Below, one piece after another: positions 24,301 through 39,600 of a DNA stretch of 64,000 nt. This DNA is from Eledone cirrhosa. Its lineage: Eukaryota. A program made the position numbers and the translations under genes. Numbering within the stretch: the stretch's first letter is position 1; every line of letters begins with the position of its first letter. The DNA lies in contig OZ024742.1 of the NCBI GenBank assembly GCA_964016885.1, positions 14,074,001 to 14,138,000 on the forward strand. The letters are read 5' to 3'. The notes below the pieces were generated by a model, which did not search any database, was not told the DNA's origin, and saw only the letters and a list, made by a program, of their open reading frames with translations.

Positions 24301-27300
24301 AGCTGACCTAGTCTAGCCTCAATGTGAGACTTCTAACCCTATAAGTGACACCCTGACCGAGTGTATACTGAATGTGAGACCTAACCCAAGAAGTAACCAC
24401 CTGACCTAGTCTAGCCTCCAATGTGAGACCTAATCCTAGAAGTGACCACCTGACCTAGTCTAGCCTCAATGTGAGACCTAACCCTAGAAGTGACCACCTG
24501 ACCTAGTCTAGCCTCAATGTGAGATCTTACTCTAGAAGTGACCACCTGACCTAGTCTAGCCTCAATGTGAGACCTAACCCTAGAAGTGACCACCTGACCT
24601 AGTCTAGCCTCAATGTGAGACCTAACCTTAGAAGTGACCACCTGACCTAATCTAGTCTCAATGTGAGACTATCTAACCCAAGAAGTGACCAGCTGACCTA
24701 GTCTAGCCTCAATGTGAGACCTTGTAACCCTAGAAGTGACCACCTGACCTAGTCTAGCCTCAATGTGAGACCTAACTCTCGAAGTGAACACCTGACCTAG
24801 TCTAGCCTCAATGTGAGACCATCTAACCCTAGAAGTGACCACCTTACCTAGTCTAGTCTCATTGTGAGACCTAACCCTAGATGTGAACACCTGACCTAGT
24901 CTAGTCTCAATGTGAGATCTAACCCTAGAAGTGACCACCTGACCTAATCTAGCCTCAATGTGAGACTATCTAACCCTAGAAGTGACCACCTGACCTTGTC
25001 TAACCTCAATGTGAGACCTTGTAACCATAGAAGTGACCACCTGACCTAGTCTAGCCTCAATGTGAGACCATCTAACCCTAGAAGTGACCATCTTACCTAG
25101 TCTAGCCTCAATATGAGACCATCTAACGCAAGAAGTGACCACCTGACCTAGTGTAACCTCAATGTGAGACCTAACCCTGTAAGTGACCACCTGACCTAGT
25201 CTAGCCTCAATGTGAGACCTAACCCTAGAAGTGAACACCTGGCTTAGTCTAGCCTCAATATGAGACCATCTAACCCAAGAAGTGACCACCTGACCTAGTC
25301 TAGCCTCAATGTGAGACCATCTAACCCTAGAAGTGACCACCTGACCTAGTCTAACCTCAATGTGAGACCTCTAACCCTAGAAGTGACCAGCTGACCTTGT
25401 CTAGCCTCAATGTTTGACCTTCTATCCCTAGAAGTGACCACCTGACCGAGTCTAGCCTCAATGTGAGATAATCTAATGCAAGACGTGACCACCTGACCTA
25501 GTGTAACCTCAATGTGAGACCTAACCCTAGAAGTGACCAGCTGACCTAGTCTAGCCTCAATGTGAGACTTCTAACCCTAGAAGTGACAACCTGACCGAGT
25601 GTAAACTGAATGTGAGACCTAACCCAAGAAGTAACCACCTGACCTAGTCTAGCCTCCAATGTGAGACCTAATCCTAGAAGTGACCACCTGACCTAGTCTA
25701 GCCTCAATGTGAGACCTGACCTAGTCTAGACTCAATGTGTGACCTATCCCTAGAAGTGACCACCTGACCTAGTGTAACCTAACCCTAGAAGTGACCAACT
25801 GACCTAGTCTAGCCTAAATGCGAGACCTAACCCTAGAAGTGACCACCTGACCTAGTCTAGCCTCAATGTGAGACCTAACCCTAGAAGTGACCACCTGACC
25901 TAGTCTAGCCTCAATGTGAGATTTCTAACCCTAGTAGTGACAACCTGACCAAGTGTAAACTGAATGTGAGATCTAACCCAAGAAGTGACCACCTGACCTA
26001 GTCTAGCCTCAATGTGAGACCTTCTAACCCTAGAAGTGACCACCTCACCTAGTCTAACCTCAATGTGAGACCTCTAACCCTAGAAGTGACCAGCTGACCG
26101 TGTCTAGCCTCAATGTGTGACTTATCCCTAGAAGTGACCACCTGACCTAGTGTAACCTAAACCTAGAAGTGACCACCTGACCTTGTCTAGCCTCACTGTG
26201 AGACCATCTAACTCAAGGAGTGACCACCTGACCTAGTGTAACCTCAATGTGACAACTTCTAAACCTAGAAGTGACCACTTACCTAGTCTAACCTCAATGT
26301 GAGACCTAACCCTAGAAATGACCACCAGACCTAGTCTAGCCTCAATGTGAGACCTAACACTAGAAGTGACCACCTGACCTAGTCTGACCTCTAACCCTGG
26401 AAGTGACCAGCTGACCTTGTCTAGTCTCAAGGTTTGACCTATCCCTAGAAGTGAGCACCTGACCTACTCTAGCCTCAATATGAGACCATCTAACGCAAGA
26501 AGTGACCACCTGACCTAGTGTAACCTCAATGTGAGTCCTAACCCTAGAAGTGACCACCTGACCTTGTCTAACCTCAATGTGAGACCTTGTAACCCTAGAA
26601 GTGACCACCTGACCTAGTCTAGCCTCAATGTGAGACCATCTAACCCTAGAAGTGACCACCTTACCTAGTCTAGCCTCAATATGAGACCATCTAACGCAAG
26701 AAGTGACCACCTGACCTAGTGTAACCTCAATGTGAGACCTAACTCTATAAGTGACCACCTGACCTAGTCTAGCCTCAATGTGAGACCTAACCCTAGAAGT
26801 GAACACCTGGCCTAGTCTAGCCTTAATATGAGACCATCTAACCCTAGAAATGACCACCTTGCCTAGTCTAGTCTCAATGTGAGACCTAGCCCTAGAAGTG
26901 ACCACCTGACCTAGTCTAGCCTCAATGTGAGATCTAACCCTAGAAGTGACCACCTGACTTAGTCTAGCCTGAATGTGAGACCTTCTAACCCAAGAAGTGA
27001 CCAGCTGACCTAGTCTAGCCTCAATGTGAGACTTCTAACCCTAGAAGTGACAACCTGACCTAGTGTAAACTGAATGTGAGAAGTAACCCAAGAAGTGACC
27101 ACCTGACCTAGTCTAGCCTCAATGTGAGACGATCTAACCCAAGAAGTGACCACCTGAACTAGTGTAACCTCAATGAGACCTAACCCTAGAAGTGACAACC
27201 TGACCTAGTCTAGCCTCAATGTGAGACCTAACCCTAGCAGTGACCACCTGACCTAGTCTAGCCTCAACGTGAGACCTAACCCTAGAAGTGACCACCTGAC

Positions 27301-30300
27301 CTAATCTAGCCTCAATGTGAGACTATCTAACCCAAGAAGTGACCACCTGACCTAGTCTAGCCTCAATGTGAGACCATCTAACCCTAGAAGTGACCACCTG
27401 ACCTAGTCTAACCTCAATGTGAGACCTCTAACCCTAGAAGTGACCAGCTGACCTTGTCTAGCCTCAATGTTTGACCTTCTATCCCTAGAAGTGACCACCT
27501 GACCTAGTCGAGCCTCAATGTGAGATAATCTAACGCAAGAAGTGACCAGCTGACCTAGTCTAGCCTCAATGTGAGACTTCTAACCCTAGAAGTGACAACC
27601 TGACCGAGTGTAAACTGAATGTGAGACCTAACCCAAGAAGTAACCACCTGACCTAGTCTAGCCTCCAATGTGAGACCTAATCCTAGAAGTGACCACCTGA
27701 CCTAGTCTAGCCTCAATGTGAGACCTAACCCTAGAAGTGATCAGCTGACCTAGTCTAGCCTCAATGTGTGACCTATCCCTAGAAGTGACCACCTGACCTA
27801 GTGTAACCTAACCCTAGAAGTGACCAACTGACCTAGTCTAGCCTAAATGTGAGACCTAACCCTAGAAGTGACCAACTGACCTAGTCTAGCCTCAATGTGA
27901 GACCATCTAACGCAAGAAGTGACCACCTGACCTAGTGTAACCTCATTGTGAGACATAACCCTAGAAGTGACCACCTGACCTAGTCTAACCTCAATGTGAG
28001 ACCTTTAACCCTAGAAGTGACCACCTGACCTAGTCTAGCCTCAATGTGAGACCTAACCCTAGAAGTGACCACCTGACCTAGTCTAGCCTCAATGTGAGAT
28101 TTCTAACCCTAGAAGTGACAACCTGACCAAGTGTAAACTGAATGTGAGACCTTCTAACCCAAGAAGTGACCACCTGACCTAGTCTAGCCTCAATGTGAGA
28201 CCTTCTTACCCTAGAAGTGACCACCTGACCTAGTCTAGCCTCAATGTGAGACCTCACCCTAGAAGTGACCACCTCACCTAGTCTAACCTCAATGTGAGAC
28301 CTCTAACCCTAAAAGTGACCAGCTGACCTTGTCTAGCCTCAATGTGTGACTTATCCCTAGAAGTGACCACCTGACCTAGTGTAACCTAAACCTAGAAGTG
28401 ACCACCTGACCTTGTCTAGCCTCACTGTGAGACCATCTAACGCAAGGAGTGACCACCTGACCTAGTGTAACCTCAATGTGAGAACTTCTAACCCTAGAAG
28501 TGACCACTTACCTAGTCTAACCTCAATGTGAGACCTAACCCTAGAAGTGACCACCAGACCTAGTCTAGCCTCAATGTGAGACCTTCTAACCCTAGAAGTG
28601 ACCACCTTACCTAGTCTAGTCTCAATGTGAGACCTAACCCTAGAAGTGACCACCTGACCTAGTCTAGCCTCAATGTGAGACCTAACCCTAGAAGTGACCA
28701 CCTGACCTAGTCTAGCCTCAATGTGAGACCTAACCTTAGAAGTGACCACCTGACCTAATCTAGTCTCAATGTGAGACTATCTAACCCAAGAAGTGACCAG
28801 CTGACCTAGTCTAGCCTCAATGTGAGACCTTGTAACCCTAGAAGTGACCACCTGACCTAGTCTAGCCTCAATGTGAGACCTAACTCTCGAAGTGAACACC
28901 TGACCTAGTCTAGCCTCAATGTGAGACCATCTAACCCTAGAAGTGACCACCTTACCTAGTCTAGTCTCATTGTGAGACCTAACCCTAGAAATGAACACCT
29001 GACCTAGTCTAGTCTCAATGTGAGACCTAACCCTAGAAGTGACCACCTGACCTAATCTAGCCTCAATGTGAGACTATCTAACCCAAGAAGTGACCACCTG
29101 ACCTAGTCTAGCCTCAATGTGAGACCATCTAACCCTAGAAGTGACCACCTTACCTAGTCTAACCTCAATGTGAGACCTCTAACCCTAGATGTGACCAGCT
29201 GACCTTGTCTAGCCACAATCTTTGACCTTCTATCCCTAGAAGTGACCACCTGACCTAGTCTAGCCTCAATGTGAGACCTAACCCTAGAAGTGAACACCTG
29301 GCCTAGTCTAGCCTCAATATGAGACCATCTAACCCTAGAAATGACCACCTTGCCTAGTCTAGTCTCAATGTGAGACCTAGCCCTAGAAGTGACCACCTGA
29401 CCTAGTCTAGCCTCAATGTGAGATCTAACCCTAGAAGTGACCACCTGACTTAGTCTAGCCTGAATGTGAGACCTTCTAACCCAAGAAGTGACCAGCTGAC
29501 CTAGTCTAGCCTCAATGTGAGACTTCTAACCCTAGAAGTGACAACCTGACCTAGTGTAAACTGAATGTGAGAAGTAACCCAAGAAGTGACCACCTGACCT
29601 AGTCTAGCCTCAATGTGAGACGATCTAACCCAAGAAGTGACCACCTGAACTAGTGTAACCTCAATGAGACCTAACCCTAGAAGTGACAACCTGACCTAGT
29701 CTAGCCTCAATGTGAGACCTAACCCTAGCAGTGACCACCTGACCTAGTCTAGCCTCAACGTGAGACCTAACCCTAGAAGTGACCACCTGACCTAATCTAG
29801 CCTCAATGTGAGACTATCTAACCCAAGAAGTGACCACCTGACCTAGTCTAGCCTCAATGTGAGACCATCTAACCCTAGAAGTGACCACCTGACCTAGTCT
29901 AACCTCAATGTGAGACCTCTAACCCTAGAAGTGACCAGCTGACCTTGTCTAGCCTCAATGTTTGACCTTCTATCCCTAGAAGTGACCACCTGACCTAGTC
30001 GAGCCTCAATGTGAGATAATCTAACGCAAGAAGTGACCACCTGACCTAGTGTAACCTCAATGTGAGACCTAACCCTAGAAGTGACCAGCTGACCTAGTCT
30101 AGCCTCAATGTGAGACTTCTAACCCTAGAAGTGACAACCTGACCGAGTGTAAACTGAATGTGAGACCTAACCCAAGAAGTAACCACCTGACCTAGTCTAG
30201 CCTCCAATGTGAGACCTAATCCTAGAAGTGACCACCTGACCTAGTCTAGCCTCAATGTGAGACCTAACCCTAGAAGTGATCAGCTGACCTAGTCTAGCCT

Positions 30301-33300
30301 CAATGTGTGACCTATCCCTAGAAGTGACCACCTGACCTAGTGTAACCTAACCCTAGAAGTGACCAACTGACCTAGTCTAGCCTAAATGTGAGACCTAACC
30401 CTAGAAGTGACCAACTGACCTAGTCTAGCCTCAATGTGAGACCATCTAACGCAAGAAGTGACCACCTGACCTAGTGTAACCTCATTGTGAGACATAACCC
30501 TAGAAGTGACCACCTGACCTAGTCTAACCTCAATGTGAGACCTTTAACCCTAGAAGTGACCACCTGACCTAGTCTAGCCTCAATGTGAGACCTAACCCTA
30601 GAAGTGACCACCTGACCTAGTCTAGCCTCAATGTGAGATTTCTAACCCTAGAAGTGACAACCTGACCAAGTGTAAACTGAATGTGAGACCTTCTAACCCA
30701 AGAAGTGACCACCTGACCTAGTCTAGCCTCAATGTGAGACCTTCTTACCCTAGAAGTGACCACCTGACCTAGTCTAGCCTCAATGTGAGACCTCACCCTA
30801 GAAGTGACCACCTCACCTAGTCTAACCTCAATGTGAGACCTCTAACCCTAAAAGTGACCAGCTGACCTTGTCTAGCCTCAATGTGTGACTTATCCCTAGA
30901 AGTGACCACCTGACCTAGTGTAACCTAAACCTAGAAGTGACCACCTGACCTTGTCTAGCCTCACTGTGAGACCATCTAACGCAAGGAGTGACCACCTGAC
31001 CTAGTGTAACCTCAATGTGAGAACTTCTAACCCTAGAAGTGACCACTTACCTAGTCTAACCTCAATGTGAGACCTAACCCTAGAAGTGACCACCAGACCT
31101 AGTCTAGCCTCAATGTGAGACCTTCTAACCCTAGAAGTGACCACCTTACCTAGTCTAGTCTCAATGTGAGACCTAACCCTAGAAGTGACCACCTGACCTA
31201 GTCTAGCCTCAATGTGAGACCTAACCCTAGAAGTGACCACCTGACCTAGTCTAGCCTCAATGTGAGACCTAACCTTAGAAGTGACCACCTGACCTAATCT
31301 AGTCTCAATGTGAGACTATCTAACCCAAGAAGTGACCAGCTGACCTAGTCTAGCCTCAATGTGAGACCTTGTAACCCTAGAAGTGACCACCTGACCTAGT
31401 CTAGCCTCAATGTGAGACCTAACTCTCGAAGTGAACACCTGACCTAGTCTAGCCTCAATGTGAGACCATCTAACCCTAGAAGTGACCACCTTACCTAGTC
31501 TAGTCTCATTGTGAGACCTAACCCTAGAAATGAACACCTGACCTAGTCTAGTCTCAATGTGAGACCTAACCCTAGAAGTGACCACCTGACCTAATCTAGC
31601 CTCAATGTGAGACTATCTAACCCAAGAAGTGACCACCTGACCTAGTCTAGCCTCAATGTGAGACCATCTAACCCTAGAAGTGACCACCTTACCTAGTCTA
31701 ACCTCAATGTGAGACCTCTAACCCTAGATGTGACCAGCTGACCTTGTCTAGCCACAATCTTTGACCTTCTATCCCTAGAAGTGACCACCTGACCTAGTCT
31801 AGCCTCAATGTGAGATAATCTAACGCAAGAAGTGACCACCTGACCTAGTGTAACCTCAATGTGAGACCTTCTAACCCTAGAACTGACCACCTGACCTAAT
31901 CTAGTCTCAATGTGAGACTATCTAACCCAAGAAGTGACCAGCTGACCTAGTCTAGCCTCAATGTGAGACTTCTAACCCTATAAGTGACACCCTGACCGAG
32001 TGTATACTGAATGTGAGACCTAACCCAAGAAGTAACCACCTGACCTAGTCTAGCCTCCAATGTGAGACCTAATCCTAGAAGTGACCACCTGACCTAGTCT
32101 AGCCTCAATGTGAGACCTAACCCTAGAAGTGACCACCTGACCTAGTCTAGCCTCAATGTGAGATCTTACTCTAGAAGTGACCACCTGACCTAGTCTAGCC
32201 TCAATGTGAGACCTAACCCTAGAAGTGACCACCTGACCTAGTCTAGCCTCAATGTGAGACCTAACCTTAGAAGTGACCACCTGACCTAATCTAGTCTCAA
32301 TGTGAGACTATCTAACCCAAGAAGTGACCAGCTGACCTAGTCTAGCCTCAATGTGAGACCTTGTAACCCTAGAAGTGACCACCTGACCTAGTCTAGCCTC
32401 AATGTGAGACCTAACTCTCGAAGTGAACACCTGACCTAGTCTAGCCTCAATGTGAGACCATCTAACCCTAGAAGTGACCACCTTACCTAGTCTAGTCTCA
32501 TTGTGAGACCTAACCCTAGATGTGAACACCTGACCTAGTCTAGTCTCAATGTGAGATCTAACCCTAGAAGTGACCACCTGACCTAATCTAGCCTCAATGT
32601 GAGACTATCTAACCCTAGAAGTGACCACCTGACCTTGTCTAACCTCAATGTGAGACCTTGTAACCATAGAAGTGACCACCTGACCTAGTCTAGTCTCAAT
32701 GTGAGACCTAACCCTAGAAGTGACCACCTGACCTAATCTAGCCTCAATGTGAGACTATCTAACCCAAGAAGTGACCACCTGACCTAGTCTAGCCTCAATG
32801 TGAGACCATCTAACCCTAGAAGTGACCACCTTACCTAGTCTAACCTCAATGTGAGACCTCTAACCCTAGATGTGACCAGCTGACCTTGTCTAGCCACAAT
32901 CTTTGACCTTCTATCCCTAGAAGTGACCACCTGACCTAGTCTAGCCTCAATGTGAGACCTAACCCTAGAAGTGAACACCTGGCCTAGTCTAGCCTCAATA
33001 TGAGACCATCTAACCCTAGAAATGACCACCTTGCCTAGTCTAGTCTCAATGTGAGACCTAGCCCTAGAAGTGACCACCTGACCTAGTCTAGCCTCAATGT
33101 GAGATCTAACCCTAGAAGTGACCACCTGACTTAGTCTAGCCTGAATGTGAGACCTTCTAACCCAAGAAGTGACCAGCTGACCTAGTCTAGCCTCAATGTG
33201 AGACTTCTAACCCTAGAAGTGACAACCTGACCTAGTGTAAACTGAATGTGAGAAGTAACCCAAGAAGTGACCACCTGACCTAGTCTAGCCTCAATGTGAG

Positions 33301-36300
33301 ACGATCTAACCCAAGAAGTGACCACCTGAACTAGTGTAACCTCAATGAGACCTAACCCTAGAAGTGACAACCTGACCTAGTCTAGCCTCAATGTGAGACC
33401 TAACCCTAGCAGTGACCACCTGACCTAGTCTAGCCTCAACGTGAGACCTAACCCTAGAAGTGACCACCTGACCTAATCTAGCCTCAATGTGAGACTATCT
33501 AACCCAAGAAGTGACCACCTGACCTAGTCTAGCCTCAATGTGAGACCATCTAACCCTAGAAGTGACCACCTGACCTAGTCTAACCTCAATGTGAGACCTC
33601 TAACCCTAGAAGTGACCAGCTGACCTTGTCTAGCCTCAATGTTTGACCTTCTATCCCTAGAAGTGACCACCTGACCTAGTCGAGCCTCAATGTGAGATAA
33701 TCTAACGCAAGAAGTGACCACCTGACCTAGTGTAACCTCAATGTGAGACCTAACCCTAGAAGTGACCAGCTGACCTAGTCTAGCCTCAATGTGAGACTTC
33801 TAACCCTAGAAGTGACAACCTGACCGAGTGTAAACTGAATGTGAGACCTAACCCAAGAAGTAACCACCTGACCTAGTCTAGCCTCCAATGTGAGACCTAA
33901 TCCTAGAAGTGACCACCTGACCTAGTCTAGCCTCAATGTGAGACCTAACCCTAGAAGTGATCAGCTGACCTAGTCTAGCCTCAATGTGTGACCTATCCCT
34001 AGAAGTGACCACCTGACCTAGTGTAACCTAACCCTAGAAGTGACCAACTGACCTAGTCTAGCCTAAATGTGAGACCTAACCCTAGAAGTGACCAACTGAC
34101 CTAGTCTAGCCTCAATGTGAGACCATCTAACGCAAGAAGTGACCACCTGACCTAGTGTAACCTCATTGTGAGACATAACCCTAGAAGTGACCACCTGACC
34201 TAGTCTAACCTCAATGTGAGACCTTTAACCCTAGAAGTGACCACCTGACCTAGTCTAGCCTCAATGTGAGACCTAACCCTAGAAGTGACCACCTGACCTA
34301 GTCTAGCCTCAATGTGAGATTTCTAACCCTAGAAGTGACAACCTGACCAAGTGTAAACTGAATGTGAGACCTTCTAACCCAAGAAGTGACCACCTGACCT
34401 AGTCTAGCCTCAATGTGAGACCTTCTTACCCTAGAAGTGACCACCTGACCTAGTCTAGCCTCAATGTGAGACCTCACCCTAGAAGTGACCACCTCACCTA
34501 GTCTAACCTCAATGTGAGACCTCTAACCCTAAAAGTGACCAGCTGACCTTGTCTAGCCTCAATGTGTGACTTATCCCTAGAAGTGACCACCTGACCTAGT
34601 GTAACCTAAACCTAGAAGTGACCACCTGACCTTGTCTAGCCTCACTGTGAGACCATCTAACGCAAGGAGTGACCACCTGACCTAGTGTAACCTCAATGTG
34701 AGAACTTCTAACCCTAGAAGTGACCACTTACCTAGTCTAACCTCAATGTGAGACCTAACCCTAGAAGTGACCACCAGACCTAGTCTAGCCTCAATGTGAG
34801 ACCTTCTAACCCTAGAAGTGACCACCTTACCTAGTCTAGTCTCAATGTGAGACCTAACCCTAGAAGTGACCACCTGACCTAGTCTAGCCTCAATGTGAGA
34901 CCTAACCCTAGAAGTGACCACCTGACCTAGTCTAGCCTCAATGTGAGACCTAACCTTAGAAGTGACCACCTGACCTAATCTAGTCTCAATGTGAGACTAT
35001 CTAACCCAAGAAGTGACCAGCTGACCTAGTCTAGCCTCAATGTGAGACCTTGTAACCCTAGAAGTGACCACCTGACCTAGTCTAGCCTCAATGTGAGACC
35101 TAACTCTCGAAGTGAACACCTGACCTAGTCTAGCCTCAATGTGAGACCATCTAACCCTAGAAGTGACCACCTTACCTAGTCTAGTCTCATTGTGAGACCT
35201 AACCCTAGAAATGAACACCTGACCTAGTCTAGTCTCAATGTGAGACCTAACCCTAGAAGTGACCACCTGACCTAATCTAGCCTCAATGTGAGACTATCTA
35301 ACCCAAGAAGTGACCACCTGACCTAGTCTAGCCTCAATGTGAGACCATCTAACCCTAGAAGTGACCACCTTACCTAGTCTAACCTCAATGTGAGACCTCT
35401 AACCCTAGATGTGACCAGCTGACCTTGTCTAGCCACAATCTTTGACCTTCTATCTCTAGAAGTGACCACCTGACCTAGTCTAGCCTCAATGTGAGATAAT
35501 CTAACGCAAGAAGTGACCACCTGACCTAGTGTAACCTCAATGTGAGACCTTCTAACCCTAGAACTGACCACCTGACCTAATCTAGTCTCAATGTGAGACT
35601 ATCTAACCCAAGAAGTGACCAGCTGACCTAGTCTAGCCTCAATGTGAGACTTCTAACCCTATAAGTGACACCCTGACCGAGTGTATACTGAATGTGAGAC
35701 CTAACCCAAGAAGTAACCACCTGACCTAGTCTAGCCTCCAATGTGAGACCTAATCCTAGAAGTGACCACCTGACCTAGTCTAGCCTCAATGTGAGACCTA
35801 ACCCTAGAAGTGACCACCTGACCTAGTCTAGCCTCAATGTGAGATCTTACTCTAGAAGTGACCACCTGACCTAGTCTAGCCTCAATGTGAGACCTAACCC
35901 TAGAAGTGACCACCTGACCTAGTCTAGCCTCAATGTGAGACCTAACCTTAGAAGTGACCACCTGACCTAATCTAGTCTCAATGTGAGACTATCTAACCCA
36001 AGAAGTGACCAGCTGACCTAGTCTAGCCTCAATGTGAGACCTTGTAACCCTAGAAGTGACCACCTGACCTAGTCTAGCCTCAATGTGAGACCTAACTCTC
36101 GAAGTGAACACCTGACCTAGTCTAGCCTCAATGTGAGACCATCTAACCCTAGAAGTGACCACCTTACCTAGTCTAGTCTCATTGTGAGACCTAACCCTAG
36201 ATGTGAACACCTGACCTAGTCTAGTCTCAATGTGAGATCTAACCCTAGAAGTGACCACCTGACCTAATCTAGCCTCAATGTGAGACTATCTAACCCTAGA

Positions 36301-36370
36301 AGTGACCACCTGACCTTGTCTAACCTCAATGTGAGACCTTGTAACCATAGAAGTGACCACCTGACCTAGT
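21362..36370. repeat. Higher-order repeat domain built on a 3681-bp unit (tandem copies 29001-32681 and 32682-36362; a third, separated copy at ~21362-25040)
   Basis: Offsets are 3681 (29154/32835, 29501/33182, 30617/34298, 31001/34682, 31693/35374, 32308/35989) and 7639 (21862/29501, 22978/30617, 23362/31001, 24054/31693, 24669/32308). A further offset of 11320 = 7639+3681 is seen at 24966/36286 and 26233/37553. Confidence 0.88.
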
Positions 36371-36606
36371 CTAGCCTCAATGTGAGACCATCTAACCCTA
36401 GAAGTGACCATCTTACCTAGTCTAGCCTCAATATGAGACCATCTAACGCAAGAAGTGACCACCTGACCTAGTGTAACCTCAATGTGAGACCTAACCCTGT
36501 AAGTGACCACCTGACCTAGTCTAGCCTCAATGTGAGACCTAACCCTAGAAGTGAACACCTGGCTTAGTCTAGCCTCAATATGAGACCATCTAACCCAAGA
36601 AGTGAC

Positions 36607-39600
36607 CACCTGACCTAGTCTAGCCTCAATGTGAGACCATCTAACCCTAGAAGTGACCACCTGACCTAGTCTAACCTCAATGTGAGACCTCTAACCCTAG
36701 AAGTGACCAGCTGACCTTGTCTAGCCTCAATGTTTGACCTTCTATCCCTAGAAGTGACCACCTGACCGAGTCTAGCCTCAATGTGAGATAATCTAATGCA
36801 AGACGTGACCACCTGACCTAGTGTAACCTCAATGTGAGACCTAACCCTAGAAGTGACCAGCTGACCTAGTCTAGCCTCAATGTGAGACTTCTAACCCTAG
36901 AAGTGACAACCTGACCGAGTGTAAACTGAATGTGAGACCTAACCCAAGAAGTAACCACCTGACCTAGTCTAGCCTCCAATGTGAGACCTAATCCTAGAAG
37001 TGACCACCTGACCTAGTCTAGCCTCAATGTGAGACCTGACCTAGTCTAGACTCAATGTGTGACCTATCCCTAGAAGTGACCACCTGACCTAGTGTAACCT
37101 AACCCTAGAAGTGACCAACTGACCTAGTCTAGCCTAAATGCGAGACCTAACCCTAGAAGTGACCACCTGACCTAGTCTAGCCTCAATGTGAGACCTAACC
37201 CTAGAAGTGACCACCTGACCTAGTCTAGCCTCAATGTGAGATTTCTAACCCTAGTAGTGACAACCTGACCAAGTGTAAACTGAATGTGAGATCTAACCCA
37301 AGAAGTGACCACCTGACCTAGTCTAGCCTCAATGTGAGACCTTCTAACCCTAGAAGTGACCACCTCACCTAGTCTAACCTCAATGTGAGACCTCTAACCC
37401 TAGAAGTGACCAGCTGACCGTGTCTAGCCTCAATGTGTGACTTATCCCTAGAAGTGACCACCTGACCTAGTGTAACCTAAACCTAGAAGTGACCACCTGA
37501 CCTTGTCTAGCCTCACTGTGAGACCATCTAACTCAAGGAGTGACCACCTGACCTAGTGTAACCTCAATGTGACAACTTCTAAACCTAGAAGTGACCACTT
37601 ACCTAGTCTAACCTCAATGTGAGACCTAACCCTAGAAATGACCACCAGACCTAGTCTAGCCTCAATGTGAGACCTAACACTAGAAGTGACCACCTGACCT
37701 AGTCTGACCTCTAACCCTGGAAGTGACCAGCTGACCTTGTCTAGTCTCAAGGTTTGACCTATCCCTAGAAGTGAGCACCTGACCTACTCTAGCCTCAATA
37801 TGAGACCATCTAACGCAAGAAGTGACCACCTGACCTAGTGTAACCTCAATGTGAGTCCTAACCCTAGAAGTGACCACCTGACCTTGTCTAACCTCAATGT
37901 GAGACCTTGTAACCCTAGAAGTGACCACCTGACCTAGTCTAGCCTCAATGTGAGACCATCTAACCCTAGAAGTGACCACCTTACCTAGTCTAGCCTCAAT
38001 ATGAGACCATCTAACGCAAGAAGTGACCACCTGACCTAGTGTAACCTCAATGTGAGACCTAACTCTATAAGTGACCACCTGACCTAGTCTAGCCTCAATG
38101 TGAGACCTAACCCTAGAAGTGAACACCTGGCCTAGTCTAGCCTTAATATGAGACCATCTAACCCTAGAAATGACCACCTTACCTAGTCTAGTCTCAATGT
38201 GAGACCTAGCCCTAGAAGTGACCACCTGACTTAGTCTAGCCTGAATGTGAGACCTTCTAACCCAAGAAGTGACCAGCTGACCTAGTCTAGCCTCAATGTG
38301 AGACTTCTAACCCTAGAAGTGACAACCTGACCTAGTGTAAACTGAATGTGAGAACTAACCCAAGAAGTGACCACCTGACCTAGTCTAGCCTCAATGTGAG
38401 ACGATCTAACCCAAGAAGTGACCACCTGAACTAGTGTAACCTCAATGAGACCTAACCCTAGAAGTGACAACCTGACCTAGTCTAGCCTCAATGTGAGACC
38501 TAACCCTAGCAGTGACCACCTGACCTAGTCTAGCCTCAACGTGAGACCTAACCCTAGAAGTGACCACCTGACCTTATCTAGCCTCAATGTGAGACTATCT
38601 AACCCAAGAAGTGACCACCTGACCTAGTCTAGCCTCAATGTGAGACCATCTAACCCTAGAAGTGACCACCTGACCTAGTCTAACCTCAATGTGAGACCTC
38701 TAACCCTAGAAGTGACCAGCTGACCTTGTCTAGCCTCAATGTTTGACCTTCTATCCCTAGAAGTGACCACCTGACCTAGTCGAGCCTCAATGTGAGATAA
38801 TCTAACGCAAGAAGTGACCACCTGACCTAGTGTAACCTCAATGTGAGACCTAACCCTAGAAGTGACCAGCTGACCTAGTCTAGCCTCAATGTGAGACTTC
38901 TAACCCTAGAAGTGACAACCTGACCGAGTGTAAACTGAATGTGAGACCTAACCCAAGAAGTAACCACCTGACCTAGTCTAGCCTCCAATGTGAGACCTAA
39001 TCCTAGAAGTGACCACCTGACCTAGTCTAGCCTCAATGTGAGACCTAACCCTAGAAGTGATCAGCTGACCTAGTCTAGCCTCAATGTGTGACCTATCCCT
39101 AGAAGTGACCACCTGACCTAGTGTAACCTAACCCTAGAAGTGACCAACTGACCTAGTCTAGCCTAAATGTGAGACCTAACCCTAGAAGTGACCAACTGAC
39201 CTAGTCTAGCCTCAATGTGAGACCATCTAATGCAAGAAGTGACCACCTGACCTAGTGTAACCTCATTGTGAGACATAACCCTAGAAGTGACCACCTGACC
39301 TAGTCTAACCTCAATGTGAGACCTTTAACCCTAGAAGTGACCACCTGACCTAGTCTAGCCTCAATGTGAGACCTAACCCTAGAAGTGACCACCTGACCTA
39401 GTCTAGCCTCAATGTGAGATTTCTAACCCTAGAAGTGACAACCTGACCAAGTGTAAACTGAATGTGAGACCTTCTAACCCAAGAAGTGACCACCTGACCT
39501 AGTCTAGCCTCAATGTGAGACCTTCTTACCCTAGAAGTGACCACCTGACCTAGTCTAGCCTCAATGTGAGACCTAACCCTAGAAGTGACCACCTCACCTA